Assembly: GCA_043821445.1 (NCBI GenBank)
Contig: JBDRCT010000036.1
Location: 25,879-89,878, forward strand
Direction of reading: 5' to 3'
Origin: Candidatus Omnitrophota bacterium
Lineage (GTDB): Bacteria; Omnitrophota; Omnitrophia; Omnitrophales; Aquincolibacteriaceae
Length of the DNA: 64,000 bases
A model generated the notes under the pieces. It had not been told where the DNA came from. It did not search any database and saw only the letters and a list, made by a program, of their open reading frames with translations. Shown here piece by piece: positions 26,655-40,427 of this stretch. The first letter of the stretch is position 1. The number at the start of each line of letters is the position of its first letter. The position numbers and the translations under genes are program-made.

Positions 26655-29168
26655 CTATTTAGAACTTTTCTTCGCTGCCGATTTGCCGTTCAGAAGCTCG
26701 AGCTGGCTTGCATCGGCTTCTTCCTCTTTGGCGACCACGCGTGTGGCGGAAGCAATCCTGTCCTTGTCCTTGAGACGCATCACATGAACCCCCACGGCAT
26801 TGCGGCCGGAAGTGCGGATCTGGCTGACGGGGCACCGCACGACCATTCCGCTCGTGGTCACGATGATGATCTCGTCCTCTTCGGCGACGGTCAGGACGTT
26901 CACTACCTTACCGTTCTTTTCGGAGACTTTGATGTTGATAATGCCTTTGCCTCCGCGGGACTGTATGCGATATTGGGCAAAAAGTGTTTTTTTGCCAAAC
27001 CCGTTCTGTGTAACGGTGAGCGCCGTGGCTTTCGGATTCACGATCTCGGCCGCGATCACTTCATCGCCCTTCGACAGGTTGACTCCCCGCACCCCGGTCG
27101 CGTTGCGGCCCATTTCGCGGACATTATCTTCGCGGAAGCGAATGGCTTTACCGTCGCGCGTCGCGATAAAGATCTCGTCTTTGCCGGAGGTGATCTTGCA
27201 GGCTACCAGCTCGTCCTTGTCGCGCAAGGTGATGGCGTTGATCCCGGTGGAGCGCGGCCGCGAGTATTCGATCAAGTTGGTTTTTTTGATCACGCCCTTG
27301 GCGGTCACCATGAGCACATATCGCTTGTCGTCGAATTCTTTGACTTGTAAAAACCCGGAGACCTGTTCGTTCTGTATCAAGGAAAGAAAATTGACGATCG
27401 CTTTCCCCTTGGCCTGGCGTGAGGCTTGCGGGATGTCGTAGGCTTTGCGCCAATACACGCGCCCCTGGTTGGTGAAGAACATGATAAAGTCATGGGTCGA
27501 GGCAAGGAACAGGTGTTCGATAAAGTCCTCGTCGTCACGAACGCCTGAGCCTGACACCCCGCTCCCGCCGCGATTCTGCCTGCGGTATATGGAGACCGGA
27601 ATGCGCTTAATGTAGCCGGCGTGCGAGATCGTGATAAGCACGTCTTCCTGTGCAATCAGGTCCTCGATGTCGATATCGCCTTCCGCGGCAACGATCTGCG
27701 TTCGGCGTTCGTCCCCGTACCTCTTGAGGATCTCGAGCGTCTCTTCCTTGATGATATCGAGGACCTTGCGCCGGCTTTTGAGGACCGATTTGTAGTATTC
27801 GATCTTTTTGATGAGCTCGAGATATTCCTCGTCGATCTTTTCGCGCTCCAGCTGGGTCAGGCGCTGGAGTTGCATCTCAAGGATCGCCTTGGTCTGGATC
27901 TCCGTGAGTTTGAGCTCCTTCATAAGGCGTTCTTTGGCGAGCTCCGGGCTCTTGGAGGTGCGGATGATCCGGATGACCTTGTCGAGGTTTGCGATGGCCT
28001 TTTTCAGGCCCTCGAGAATATGCGCGCGTTTTTCCGCCTTGTCGAGTTCGAATCTCGTTCGCCGCATGATGACCTCGACTCGAAAATCGACGAAGCGCTC
28101 GATCATCTGCTTGAGCGTGAGGATGCGCGGCTGGCCGTCCACCAGGGCAAGCATGATAACGCCAAAGGTCGACTGCATCTGCGTGTGCTTGTACAGGTTG
28201 TTCAGAATAACCTGGGGGATGGAGTCTTTTTTGAGCTCGATCACGACGCGCATGCCGTCCCGGTCCGATTCGTCGCGAATGTCAGAGATCCCTTCCACTT
28301 TTTTGTCTTCCACGAGCCGCACGATCGACTCGATCAGGTTCGTCTTGTTGACCTGGTAAGGGATCTCCGTGATGATGATGGCATCTTTTTTGCTGCGCCC
28401 GGTCTCGATCGAGGCTTTGGCTCGCATAACCACTTGCCCGCGGCCGGTTTCATACGCTTTCTTGATCCCCTCGCGTCCGACGATCAGCCCGGCCGTGGGA
28501 AAGTCCGGCCCCGTAACGATCTTGGAAAGTTCCTTGGTGGTCACGTCGGGGTTGTCGATCGTTGCAATAAGTGCTTTCGCGACCTCGGTCAAGTTGTGCG
28601 GCGGGATATTGGTCGCCATGCCGACCGCGATGCCGCTTGAGCCGTTGATCAGGAGGTTCGGAAGCTTGGAAGGAAGGATCGACGGCTCGACGAGGGATTC
28701 GTCGAAATTCGGGACGAAATCGACCGTGTCTTTGTCGATGTCGGTTAAGAGTTCGTTGCTGGCGCTTGAAAGCCGGGCTTCGGTGTAGCGCATGGCCGCG
28801 GCATTATCTCCGTCGATCGAACCGAAGTTCCCCTGCCCTTCTACGAGCGGGTAGCGGAGCGAGAAGTCCTGCGCCATGCGGACCATCGACTCATAGACTG
28901 CGGTATCCCCGTGCGGGTGGTATTTGCCGAGCACTTCTCCGACGATGCGGGCGGATTTCTTGTAGGGCTTGCTGTGGGTGAGCCCGAGTTCATTCATGGC
29001 GAACAAAATGCGCCGGTGCACGGGTTTTAATCCGTCGCGAACGTCCGGGAGCGCGCGTCCCACAATGACCGACATTGCGTAATCGATGTAAGAGTCCTTC
29101 ATTTCCTCTTCGACGGGACGAAGAAGGACCTTTTCGTTCATCGCGTATAAGTTCTTTTCTTCTGCCAT
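26655..29168 (-). CDS. gyrA: DNA gyrase subunit A
   Basis: [24 protein letters not shown] (active-site Tyr region) and C-terminal beta-pinwheel repeats. ATG at 29168 with RBS, just after the gyrB stop. Confidence 0.95.
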   Translation of the reverse strand: MAEEKNLYAMNEKVLLRPVEEEMKDSYIDYAMSVIVGRALPDVRDGLKPVHRRILFAMNELGLTHSKPYKKSARIVGEVLGKYHPHGDTAVYESMVRMAQDFSLRYPLVEGQGNFGSIDGDNAAAMRYTEARLSSASNELLTDIDKDTVDFVPNFDESLVEPSILPSKLPNLLINGSSGIAVGMATNIPPHNLTEVAKALIATIDNPDVTTKELSKIVTGPDFPTAGLIVGREGIKKAYETGRGQVVMRAKASIETGRSKKDAIIITEIPYQVNKTNLIESIVRLVEDKKVEGISDIRDESDRDGMRVVIELKKDSIPQVILNNLYKHTQMQSTFGVIMLALVDGQPRILTLKQMIERFVDFRVEVIMRRTRFELDKAEKRAHILEGLKKAIANLDKVIRIIRTSKSPELAKERLMKELKLTEIQTKAILEMQLQRLTQLEREKIDEEYLELIKKIEYYKSVLKSRRKVLDIIKEETLEILKRYGDERRTQIVAAEGDIDIEDLIAQEDVLITISHAGYIKRIPVSIYRRQNRGGSGVSGSGVRDDEDFIEHLFLASTHDFIMFFTNQGRVYWRKAYDIPQASRQAKGKAIVNFLSLIQNEQVSGFLQVKEFDDKRYVLMVTAKGVIKKTNLIEYSRPRSTGINAITLRDKDELVACKITSGKDEIFIATRDGKAIRFREDNVREMGRNATGVRGVNLSKGDEVIAAEIVNPKATALTVTQNGFGKKTLFAQYRIQSRGGKGIINIKVSEKNGKVVNVLTVAEEDEIIIVTTSGMVVRCPVSQIRTSGRNAVGVHVMRLKDKDRIASATRVVAKEEEADASQLELLNGKSAAKKSSK

Positions 29169-29191
29169 GATCGCTTTCCTTTTTCTATAGA

Positions 29192-32042
<2,851 letters not shown>

Positions 32043-32075
32043 GAAGAACCGTTCTATTATCGTCTTTTTCCCGGG

Positions 32076-33176
32076 CTAGTTGAGTTGCATCGGCATGATC
32101 ACGTAGAGATATCCTTCTCGCCCCTTGATCAGGCCCGGCTTGTCGGGACTTGTTAAGGAAATACTGATGTTTTCGTCGGAGAGGTTTTTTAAAACGTCTA
32201 AAAAATATCCTGGGTTGAACCCGATAGTTAGTTCCTCCCCCCTAAAGTCCGCTGAGAGCTCTTCTTTAGCCTCTCCCATGTTGGGCGTTTTTGCGGAAAC
32301 AATGATTTTATTTTTAATAAAGTCGAACTTAAGCGCGGGGGCTTCTGGAGAGGTTAAAAGAGAGGCCCGGCGGACCGCTTGAAGAAGTTCTTCCCGGTTT
32401 GCTTGAACCTGGGCCTTTTCTTCTTTGGGAATTACCTGGTCGTAATTGGGGAAATTCCCCTCAATAAGACTAGAGGTAAGATAGGTGTCCTCAAAACAAA
32501 AAATGACTTTGTTCTGGGCGCAAATAATTTTCATCACACCTTCCCACGCTAAGAGTTTTAAAAGTTCGTGGATGGTTTTTGAGGGAATAATTATTTCTAT
32601 ATTTTGGATGTTTTTTTGTTTGGTTTCTTTTTTATAAAACGCTAATCTCCTTCCGTCCGTGGCCACAAACCGTATCTGGTTCCCCTGAATACAAAGAAGA
32701 ACCCCGTTTAAAACATATCTTGTTTCATCATGGGAGATCGCAAAAGAAGTTAATAAGAGGCTTTCTTTCACAACCGATTGTTCTAACTCGATCGCTCCCT
32801 CAAGGGAAAATTCTGGTAATTTAGGATACTCCTCTTTATCTAACCCTAAAATTTTAAAATTAGATTTTCCCGCTTTAATATTAATAGTGTTGTTTTTAGT
32901 AACGTTAATTTCAACGCTCCCCTCTGGTAGTTCTTTAATAATGTCAAAGAATTTTCTTGCGGGAACAGTGATGCTTCCCCCTTGAAGAACTTCCACAGAT
33001 AAGAGTGTTGATATCCCTACCTCCATATCCGTTGCGATAATTTTAAGTTTTCCGTCTTTTTGTGTTTCTAGTAAAAAGTTATTTAAGATGGGGAGGGTGC
33101 TTGGCTTGGATGCGGCTATATTGACCCCTAAAGTGATCTTTTTTAACAACTCACTCTTTTGCACTTTGATTTCCAT
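32076..33176 (-). CDS. dnaN: DNA polymerase III beta sliding clamp
   Basis: 366 aa. MEIKVQKSELLKKITLGVNIAAS start and three-domain architecture. Immediately downstream of dnaA. Confidence 0.92.
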   Translation of the reverse strand: MEIKVQKSELLKKITLGVNIAASKPSTLPILNNFLLETQKDGKLKIIATDMEVGISTLLSVEVLQGGSITVPARKFFDIIKELPEGSVEINVTKNNTINIKAGKSNFKILGLDKEEYPKLPEFSLEGAIELEQSVVKESLLLTSFAISHDETRYVLNGVLLCIQGNQIRFVATDGRRLAFYKKETKQKNIQNIEIIIPSKTIHELLKLLAWEGVMKIICAQNKVIFCFEDTYLTSSLIEGNFPNYDQVIPKEEKAQVQANREELLQAVRRASLLTSPEAPALKFDFIKNKIIVSAKTPNMGEAKEELSADFRGEELTIGFNPGYFLDVLKNLSDENISISLTSPDKPGLIKGREGYLYVIMPMQLN

Positions 33177-33233
33177 AAAAGCTCCTTCTTTTATTATTCT
33201 ATATTTTAAAACAGTAACCTTAGTAACAACCCC

Positions 33234-33304
33234 TGTGGATTTGTGGATATCCTACACAACTATCTTACAAAGAACGAGATATAAAAAAGTTTTTTTGTGG
33301 AAAA
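33234..33304. promoter_or_regulatory. DnaA-box cluster between dnaA and dnaN (downstream oriC half)
   Basis: Tandem TGTGGATTT and TGTGGATAT (33234..33250), plus TGTGGAAAA (33296..33304), in an AT-rich spacer. Confidence 0.6.
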
Positions 33305-33307
33305 AAC

Positions 33308-34660
33308 TTATTTTTTTAACAACCCTATCAACTTATCCAACAAACCTCTCGTCGCAACATCCCTATCTCTTTCCGCGGCAATTTTATTACAAGAATGAAG
33401 AACGGTAGTATGGTCTTTCCCTCCAAAAAACCCCCCAATTTCAGGAAAAGAGTGGGTCGTTAATTCCCTGACAAGATACATAGCTATTTGCCGAGGGCGA
33501 ACAACAGAAACCGTCCGTTTTTTGGCCCTAAGATCCGAAACCTTCACATTAAAATAATCCGCCACTGTTTTTTGGATACCCTCAATAGTGAATTTTTGAG
33601 CCTCTTCTTTAAAAGAGTCTTTTAAAATCTCCTGAGCAAGCCGAACATCAACCTTAGAATCAGTGAGCGTACAATAAGCCACCACACGGATAAGAGCGCC
33701 CTCGAGCTCCCGGATGTTCGACTTAATTTTCTCCGCGATAAAATAAGCCACATCATCAGGCACCACAACGGTTTCCAGCTCCATCTTTTTCTTTAAAATA
33801 GCCACTCGCGTTTCAAAATCAGGCGGCTGAATATCCGTAACCAAACCCCAGCCAAAACGAGACACCAACCTCTCTTCCAACCCCGGGATCTCTCGAGGAG
33901 CGCGGTCGCTTGTGACCACGATTTGTTTGTGGGCATCATAAAGAGCATTGAAAGTGTTGAAAAACTCTTCCTGCGTGGAATTTTTTTCCGCGATAAAATG
34001 AACATCATCTATTAGCAAAAGATCGAGCGATCGATATTTTGCGCGAAATTGAGGCGTTGTTTTCATTTGGATAGCTGAAATTAGCTGGTTGGTGAACTTC
34101 TCACTGGATATGTACAGGATCTTAAACTCCGGATGACGCTGGATCGTCGCATTAGCAATAGAATGCAAGAGATGGGTTTTCCCGAGACCTGTGGGACCAT
34201 ACATAAAGAGAGGGTTGTATTGTTTGGCGGGAGACTCGCTCACCGCAACCGAAGCCGCGTGAGCAAACCGATTTCCTGGGCCAATAACAAAAGCATCGAA
34301 AGTGTACCTCTGATTGAGTCCCGAGAGACCCTCCTCCTTCCCTTTTGCAAGGGATGGACTAGGAGGCGAGGGGGCGGTTCGCGAAGGCTCCACCACCTGA
34401 TAAACAATTCGCAAGGGATGCCCAAGAACCTCCTCGGCGGAAGAAAGGATAAGATTTTGGTAGTGGGCCTCAAGCCATTTTCCATAGTACTGGTCGGGGA
34501 CGCTTACGGTCAGAGAGTCGGAAGAAACCCCCAAAAGAGAGATCGGCTCAAACCAAGTTTTGAAAGACTGTTCGCTCAATTCCCGCGAAAGGAGAGCACG
34601 AATTTTCTTCCAAAGCGATACCAAAGAGACGTCCGGAGGCGACGAAAGAGGTTGGTTCAC
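33308..34660 (-). CDS. dnaA: Chromosomal replication initiator DnaA
   Basis: Walker A GPTGLGKTHLL, AAA+ core and C-terminal DNA-binding domain. 450 aa. Confidence 0.95.
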   Translation of the reverse strand: MNQPLSSPPDVSLVSLWKKIRALLSRELSEQSFKTWFEPISLLGVSSDSLTVSVPDQYYGKWLEAHYQNLILSSAEEVLGHPLRIVYQVVEPSRTAPSPPSPSLAKGKEEGLSGLNQRYTFDAFVIGPGNRFAHAASVAVSESPAKQYNPLFMYGPTGLGKTHLLHSIANATIQRHPEFKILYISSEKFTNQLISAIQMKTTPQFRAKYRSLDLLLIDDVHFIAEKNSTQEEFFNTFNALYDAHKQIVVTSDRAPREIPGLEERLVSRFGWGLVTDIQPPDFETRVAILKKKMELETVVVPDDVAYFIAEKIKSNIRELEGALIRVVAYCTLTDSKVDVRLAQEILKDSFKEEAQKFTIEGIQKTVADYFNVKVSDLRAKKRTVSVVRPRQIAMYLVRELTTHSFPEIGGFFGGKDHTTVLHSCNKIAAERDRDVATRGLLDKLIGLLKK

Positions 34661-34995
34661 GTGCGTGCAGGTCCTTCCAAGGTTATAAACAGGTTATTAA
34701 TAAGATAAACTTTATTTTTTTAAATAATGTATTGAGGAACAGCAAAATATATCAAAATCAATAAATAGCTTATAAACATGTTTTCAACAGCAAAACAACG
34801 ACAAAATCAACATCTGCCTAAAAACAAGGGCGGACGAAACGCGCCAGGAAGGGCATTCTACAGCAAAAAAATTTTTTGTCTACGGACAATAAAAAATTTC
34901 TTCGAAAAAAAAGGACCGGGGGCAAAAGTGTTTTTTTGCCCGGACAAAACAAAACGCTGGATATTACAAACGGACTTCACTATAATCCTCGCCTC
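34661..34995. promoter_or_regulatory. Putative oriC / dnaA upstream region with DnaA-box-like 9-mers and AT-rich unwinding tract; rpmH promoter
   Basis: TTATAAACA at 34673..34681 and 34760..34768 (7/9 to TTATCCACA). Long A/T runs. Perfect TATAAT at 34981..34986 immediately before the rpmH ATG. Confidence 0.6.
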
Positions 34996-35133
34996 ATGAA
35001 AAGAACATACCAGCCTTCCAAGAGAAAGCGTCGTAACAAGCACGGCTTTCTTGCCCGCACGCGGACCGCCGGAGGACGAAAAGTCCTTGCGAGCCGTCGG
35101 AAAAAGGGCCGGAAAAAGCTAACCCAAGTATAA
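34996..35133 (+). CDS. rpmH: 50S ribosomal protein L34
   Basis: [45 protein letters not shown] is near-identical to bacterial L34. Confidence 0.95.
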   Translation: MKRTYQPSKRKRRNKHGFLARTRTAGGRKVLASRRKKGRKKLTQV

Positions 35134-35136
35134 GCG

Positions 35137-35514
35137 TTGGAGCCAAAAAAGCGGCTCGGCTCGGATCAGCGCATCCGCCGGCAAACAACCTTCAAACATC
35201 TCACCGAGAAAGGACAGTTCGCTCGGGGGGAATACTTTTATTTGTGGGTCGGCAAGCAGGGCGAAAAAGGGCAAGCAGGACCGAAAAAAAGGCCTGTGAT
35301 CGGGATCATTGTGAGCCGGCAAACAGAGCCGACAGCAACCGGGCGGAATCTCTGGAAGCGCCGCGTTCGGGAGATCTTCCGCGAACACCAAGCGCAGCTT
35401 CACCCAGAGGCGATCTGCTTGGTGAAAATGCGCCGCGTGCGAATAAAACCGCCTTTTTCAGTCCTGGCAAAAGACCTTGTTAGCCTTTTCAAAAAAGCAG
35501 GAGCATGGGAATGA
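35137..35514 (+). CDS. rnpA: RNase P protein component
   Basis: 125-aa basic protein immediately after rpmH. Has the RNR-like motif region. Confidence 0.8.
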   Translation: MEPKKRLGSDQRIRRQTTFKHLTEKGQFARGEYFYLWVGKQGEKGQAGPKKRPVIGIIVSRQTEPTATGRNLWKRRVREIFREHQAQLHPEAICLVKMRRVRIKPPFSVLAKDLVSLFKKAGAWE

Positions 35515-35720
35515 AAAACTTTCTGATCTTCATGATCCGTTTTTACCGTACCGGCGGCGCGCCTTTTCTGGGGCCCTGCTGTCGCTTTACCCCGAGCTGT
35601 TCTATTTATGCGGAAGAAGCGCTGAACAAAAAAGGTGTGCTTGCCGGCGCCTGGCTCGCATTCCGAAGGTTTTGTAAGTGCCACCCCTTTCACGCTGGCG
35701 GATTCGATCCCGTTCGATAA
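35505..35720 (+). CDS. yidD: Membrane protein insertion efficiency factor YidD
   Basis: FYRTGGAPFLGPCCRFTPSCSIYAEEAL...GAWLAFRRFCKCHPFHAGGFDP is a conserved YidD signature. Confidence 0.9.
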   Translation: MGMKNFLIFMIRFYRTGGAPFLGPCCRFTPSCSIYAEEALNKKGVLAGAWLAFRRFCKCHPFHAGGFDPVR

Positions 35721-35729
35721 GGAAAAACC

Positions 35730-37355
35730 ATGGATAAAAACACCGTTAAAGCGATCGTTCTCGCCATGCTGGTCATGTTGTTCTATCCCATGCTCCTCAA
35801 AAAATTTTATCCGGCGGTCTATCAGCAAACACCCGCGACAGTGACCATCCCCCAGAAAGAAACCGCTCCCATAAAAGAGGTCATATCCCCGGCGACCCCC
35901 GAAGGAACAGCGCTGGAGAAGGCGGTTGCTCCAGCTATTGCGCTCTACGAGAACTCTTTCTACAGGGTGGAATTCTCCACTCTGGGAGGCACCATCACAG
36001 CGCTTTCTTTTCTGGGAGAGAAGAACCGACAAGCTTTCACCAAAACGAACTTTTTCGCAGGAGATCCGCGTGAGCCCGGCATTTTCAGCGTGAACATTCT
36101 GCACGAAAAAGCGGATCTCGCAGAAACCATCTTTAAAATGACCCGCAAGGAGGAAAGCACGGAGTTCTCTTATGAATTGCCCGGGGAATACCTGCTGACC
36201 AAAACCTTTACGTTTCGCGAAGACAAACCCGCGATCGACCTCATCATTCGGATCAAGAATCTTTCCGGGCGCGAAAAACATCTTCCGATCATGCTGAACT
36301 ACGGAATAGGTTACGAGGAGAACTATCAGAAAAATTACGGCTATTACGACGCGGTGGCCTACGCTGACAAGCTCCAAACCAAAGGCCTTTCCGGCATTAA
36401 GAAAAAAGGATTTCCTTTCCCCGATCCGACCACGTGGGCGGGCTTCATCAAAAAATACTTCGCGCTGCTTGTGAAGCCGGACGGTAAGATCATCGAGGGA
36501 AGCGCAAGGGTCGATGCAAAAAATCTCTGGGGACAAATGACGCTCGAGCCTTTGACGGTATCTGGGGAAGGCGAGGGCGAACGCAACTTTCTGATCTGTG
36601 CCGGGCCGCAACGTTACGAAGCGCTCAAGAGTTTCGGAGTGGGTTTCGAAGAGGTCTTTTCCCGGGGATTCTTCGGCCTTTTTAAGATGGGGATCCTTGC
36701 GACAATGAAATTTCTAAACCAATACACGCACAATTTTGGCTGGGCGCTGGTGCTCTTGACCCTTCTCATCAAGCTGATCTTTGCGCCGCTCACGCATTTA
36801 AGCTATGCAAGCATGAAAAAGATGCAAACGCTGGCGCCAAAGATGAAAGCGATCCAGGAGCGACACAAAAAGGATCCTGCGAAGTCCCAACAAGAGATCA
36901 TGGCGCTTTATCGGCGCAACAAGGTGAACCCCATGATGGGATGTCTTCCCATGCTGATCCAGATACCGGTTTTCATGGCCATGTTCCAACTTCTTCCGGA
37001 AGCGATCGAGCTTCACGGAGCCCCCTTCATCGGATGGATCAAAGACCTTTCCGCGCCGGATCACTTCATGATGCTTCCTTTCACGGTGCCTCTTCTGGGG
37101 TGGAATTCGCTCAACATTTTGCCGATCCTGATGGCGGCGTCCCAAGTCTGGTACCAAAAACTCATGCCGGCACAGCCCGGATCGAGCCCGGAACAACAGA
37201 CCATCATGAACATCATGCCTGTCTTTTTCGGCTTTATTTGCTACAACATGCCGTCAGGGCTCACGCTTTATTGGACGCTGCAGAACGTTTTTTCGATCAT
37301 CCAGCAGACCTTCATCAATCGCATCGTGATCGTTCTGCACCACGAAGATCAATAA
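35730..37355 (+). CDS. yidC: Membrane protein insertase YidC
   Basis: 541 aa. N-terminal TM plus periplasmic domain, then a C-terminal 5-TM core with conserved GWALVLLTLLIKL...MKKMQ motif. Confidence 0.9.
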   Translation: MDKNTVKAIVLAMLVMLFYPMLLKKFYPAVYQQTPATVTIPQKETAPIKEVISPATPEGTALEKAVAPAIALYENSFYRVEFSTLGGTITALSFLGEKNRQAFTKTNFFAGDPREPGIFSVNILHEKADLAETIFKMTRKEESTEFSYELPGEYLLTKTFTFREDKPAIDLIIRIKNLSGREKHLPIMLNYGIGYEENYQKNYGYYDAVAYADKLQTKGLSGIKKKGFPFPDPTTWAGFIKKYFALLVKPDGKIIEGSARVDAKNLWGQMTLEPLTVSGEGEGERNFLICAGPQRYEALKSFGVGFEEVFSRGFFGLFKMGILATMKFLNQYTHNFGWALVLLTLLIKLIFAPLTHLSYASMKKMQTLAPKMKAIQERHKKDPAKSQQEIMALYRRNKVNPMMGCLPMLIQIPVFMAMFQLLPEAIELHGAPFIGWIKDLSAPDHFMMLPFTVPLLGWNSLNILPILMAASQVWYQKLMPAQPGSSPEQQTIMNIMPVFFGFICYNMPSGLTLYWTLQNVFSIIQQTFINRIVIVLHHEDQ

Positions 37356-37412
37356 CAACAGTACGGCGTACGGAGTCCCGCGTACGGAAAAGAGAAGCTT
37401 TCGCCGCACTTC

Positions 37413-39263
37413 TTGCGCCGTACGCCGTACAAAAAAATGACTCCCACACAGAAATTCGCCGCCATTATCGTTGGCGCCGGACACGCCGGCGTCGAAGCCT
37501 CCCTTGCCATCGCACGATGCGGATTCCCTGTTCTTGTGATCACCATGGACACGAATGCCATCGCGCGCATGTCCTGCAATCCGGCGATCGGCGGGCTTGC
37601 CAAAGGACATATCGTCCGCGAGATTGACGCTCTCGGCGGCGAAATGGGGCTCGCAACGGACGCGACAGGCATTCAGTTCCGCATGCTCAACAAATCCAAA
37701 GGCCCGGCTGTGTGGGCGCCGCGAGCGCAGGCGGACAAGAAAGAATACGAACTTTATATGAAACGCGCGCTCGAGGCCGAAAAGAATCTTACCCTTCGGC
37801 AAGGGCAAGTTGTGGAGCTCCTGGTAAAAGACGGAACGTGTTACGGCGTTCGCACGAAGGAAGGCGAAGCTTTTTTAGGCGAGCATGTGATTTTGACCAC
37901 GGGCACCTTTCTTCAGGGGCTAATCCACATAGGCGAAGAAAAGTTTCCGGGCGGACGGCGCGACGAACCTCCCGCCGTCGGTCTTTCCGATTCGTTGCGA
38001 AGCCACGGGGTCGAACTCGTCCGTTTCAAAACGGGGACACCGCCACGCCTCCACCAAAAAAGTATTCATTGGGAATTGCTGGAAGAACAAAAAGGCGACG
38101 AGCCTCCGCCTCCTTTTTCTTATCAAACAAAAAAACTTATCGTCGAGCAACTCCCCTGCTATCTGACGCACACCAATGGAAAGGTCCATGACACCATCCG
38201 CAAAAACCTAAGCCGCTCCCCTCTTTACTCGGGGAGTATTGCTGGGATCGGGCCAAGGTACTGCCCTTCGGTGGAAGATAAAGTCGTAAAGTTCCATGAC
38301 AAAAAAAGCCATCAGATTTATTTGGAGCCCGAGGGACGCAATACGCCCGAGATCTACATGAACGGTTTTTCGACTTCGCTTCCCAAGGACGTCCAGGAGA
38401 AGGCCCTGCGGCAGATCCGAGGGCTTGAGGATGCCGAGATCCTGAAATTCGGCTACGCGATCGAATACGATGCCGCGCCTCCCATTCAACTGAAGCACTC
38501 ACTGGAGACGAAAAAAATAAGGAATCTGTTCTTTGCGGGCCAGATCAACTGTACATCCGGGTATGAAGAAGCCGCGGCCCAAGGGCTCATGGCGGGACTC
38601 AATGTTATCCGGAAGCTTTGCGGCGCCAGGGAGTTTGTCCTCGACAGGAGCGAGGCCTATATCGCAGTGATGATCGATGACCTTGTTACGTGCGGCACCA
38701 ACGAGCCCTATCGGATGTTCACATCGCGCGCGGAATTCCGGCTTCTGTTGCGGCAGGACAATGCGGATGAAAGACTTATGTTCTACGGGCGCCAATTTAA
38801 TCTTGTCTCCGAAAAGCAATTCGCGGAATTTAAAAAAAGCATGAACCGGGTACGGCGCGATATGCAGGAGCTCATAGCAAAAAAAAGCGGAGGCGAAACG
38901 TTTTACCATCAATTAAAACGTCCAGAAATGAGCCACAATATGTTAGTAATAAATGGGTTACACACATGCGATCTTTCTGAAGAGGAGATCCATCGCGTCG
39001 AAACAGAAATAAAATATGAGGGATATATTGCCCAGCAGCGCCGCGAGGTCCAAAAATTCTCAAAACTGGAAAAAAGAAAAATACCGGCCGGTTTGAACTA
39101 TGACGAGATCGTCGGAATCGGGCGCGAAGCAAAAGAAAAAATGAAAAAAATCCTTCCAGAGTCCATCGGACACGCCGCAAGAATTCCCGGAATCTCCTCC
39201 TGCGACCTTTCTCTCCTCGCCGTTTTTATCGAAAAGAGAACAAGAGAAGCTTCCACAAAATAA
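37413..39263 (+). CDS. mnmG: tRNA uridine 5-carboxymethylaminomethyl modification enzyme MnmG (GidA)
   Basis: FAD-binding IVGAGHAGVEASLAIARCG. 616 aa. Canonical position after yidC. Confidence 0.92.
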   Translation: MRRTPYKKMTPTQKFAAIIVGAGHAGVEASLAIARCGFPVLVITMDTNAIARMSCNPAIGGLAKGHIVREIDALGGEMGLATDATGIQFRMLNKSKGPAVWAPRAQADKKEYELYMKRALEAEKNLTLRQGQVVELLVKDGTCYGVRTKEGEAFLGEHVILTTGTFLQGLIHIGEEKFPGGRRDEPPAVGLSDSLRSHGVELVRFKTGTPPRLHQKSIHWELLEEQKGDEPPPPFSYQTKKLIVEQLPCYLTHTNGKVHDTIRKNLSRSPLYSGSIAGIGPRYCPSVEDKVVKFHDKKSHQIYLEPEGRNTPEIYMNGFSTSLPKDVQEKALRQIRGLEDAEILKFGYAIEYDAAPPIQLKHSLETKKIRNLFFAGQINCTSGYEEAAAQGLMAGLNVIRKLCGAREFVLDRSEAYIAVMIDDLVTCGTNEPYRMFTSRAEFRLLLRQDNADERLMFYGRQFNLVSEKQFAEFKKSMNRVRRDMQELIAKKSGGETFYHQLKRPEMSHNMLVINGLHTCDLSEEEIHRVETEIKYEGYIAQQRREVQKFSKLEKRKIPAGLNYDEIVGIGREAKEKMKKILPESIGHAARIPGISSCDLSLLAVFIEKRTREASTK

Positions 39264-39451
39264 AAACACTCTCAAGGCACCCCGATAGCCAAAGAGCAAA
39301 TTCCGAACATGAACAGACACAGCTTGATAGTAGGTCCGTTTAGCGCGTCCATGTTCTCACGGAAGCAACCACAATTCTAGTCTAAACAAAGACATAATGT
39401 GAACACTCAGGAAAGTTCGCATCTGTGTCCATTGCGAAAGAATTATAATAT

Positions 39452-39467
39452 TGTTTCACGTGAAACA
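39452..39467. promoter_or_regulatory. parS site (perfect consensus tGTTTCACGTGAAACa)
   Basis: 16/16 match to the canonical parS palindrome. Confidence 0.8.
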
Positions 39468-39770
39468 TTATTCCAAGACCAAGCGAGTCTGCACGAGTTT
39501 TATGGCCAACGACTGCCGAAAGGCAAAGAAATCTTACCTTCCGAGATAGCAAGTGCTGTTTTTCAGAAATTCATCCCGGTATGGTTTTTGGATGGCCAAC
39601 GGATCAATTCTTTAGGAAAGACTTGTTGCGAAAGCCTGGAACAAAACAGACCACAATACTAGTTGCTATAAAAATAATTATATGTAAAATATTTGACGGA
39701 ATGGACGATATATCATTAAAAGCAAAAGGTTCTTATTTTAATATTGCTTTGCCAAAATAACGTTTCACGT

Positions 39771-39786
39771 GAAACATCCGGAGGAC
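39771..39786. promoter_or_regulatory. parS site (cGTTTCACGTGAAACa, 15/16)
   Basis: Second palindrome, 18 bp upstream of the parA start. Confidence 0.75.
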
Positions 39787-39788
39787 AT

Positions 39789-40427
39789 ATGGGGAAAATA
39801 TTTTCATTCTTTAACCAGAAAGGCGGTGTTGGAAAAACAACATCGGTGATCAATATTGCCACGGTTATTGCCGGATTCGGTAAAAAGGTCCTGCTAATAG
39901 ATCTTGATTCGCAAGGCAATGCTACGAGCGGAGTTGGGATAGAAAAGAAGGAGATCGAATTAACAGCTTATCAACTTCTTGTGGAAAACCATGATCCAGG
40001 CACGGCCATCAAAGAAACATCCATCGAGAACTTGTGGATCATACCATCGAACGCGCATCTTGCTGGTGCCGAGATGCACTTGATTGGACAGGATAAAAGA
40101 GAGTTCGTTCTGAAAGAACAGCTAAAAAAGATTTCAGCGGAGTACGATTATATATTTCTTGATTGTCCGCCGTCCCTTGGGCTGATAAGCATAAATGCTT
40201 TGACTGCAAGCAGTTATATAATTATACCACTCCAGTGTGAATACTATGCTCTAGAGGGTCTCGGGCAACTCCTAAACACCTACCAGCTTGTCAAAAAAAA
40301 TCTGAGCGCAGCCATTGAGCTTGGAGGAGTGATTCTCACTATGGCTGATATTCGGACAAACCTGACGCAGCAAGTGATCGAAGAGAGGTCCGAAATTACT
40401 TTAAAGAGAAAACCTTTCAAAGCGTAA
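39789..40427 (+). CDS. parA: Chromosome-partitioning ATPase ParA/Soj, interrupted by a +1 frameshift near 40386
   Basis: Walker A FNQKGGVGKTTS. The frame ends ...IEERSEITLKRKPFKA*. The canonical C-terminus (REVRNYFKEKTFQSVIPRSVKLSEAPSFGKPAVIYDP...) continues in the +1 frame to about 40684. Confidence 0.8.
   Translation: MGKIFSFFNQKGGVGKTTSVINIATVIAGFGKKVLLIDLDSQGNATSGVGIEKKEIELTAYQLLVENHDPGTAIKETSIENLWIIPSNAHLAGAEMHLIGQDKREFVLKEQLKKISAEYDYIFLDCPPSLGLISINALTASSYIIIPLQCEYYALEGLGQLLNTYQLVKKNLSAAIELGGVILTMADIRTNLTQQVIEERSEITLKRKPFKA

Noticed and set aside
27621-28640. 339-aa plus-strand ORF (and 30119..31435, 26232..27350, 44476..45324, 17542..18129)
   Set aside because: Antisense to gyrA, gyrB, serS, the GH94-like gene and the secreted-protein gene respectively. 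Low-complexity R/D/L-rich translations typical of GC-rich shadow ORFs.
35400-36611. 403-aa ORF on the minus strand
   Set aside because: Entirely antisense to yidD/yidC, which have strong family signatures. Long antisense ORFs are expected in GC-rich DNA.
39399-39662. 87-aa ORF between mnmG and parA as a genuine gene
   Set aside because: It contains a parS-encoded VSRET and weak RsmG N-terminus-like features. It is more likely a remnant of rsmG, or spurious, than a functional gene. Reported as a finding instead.
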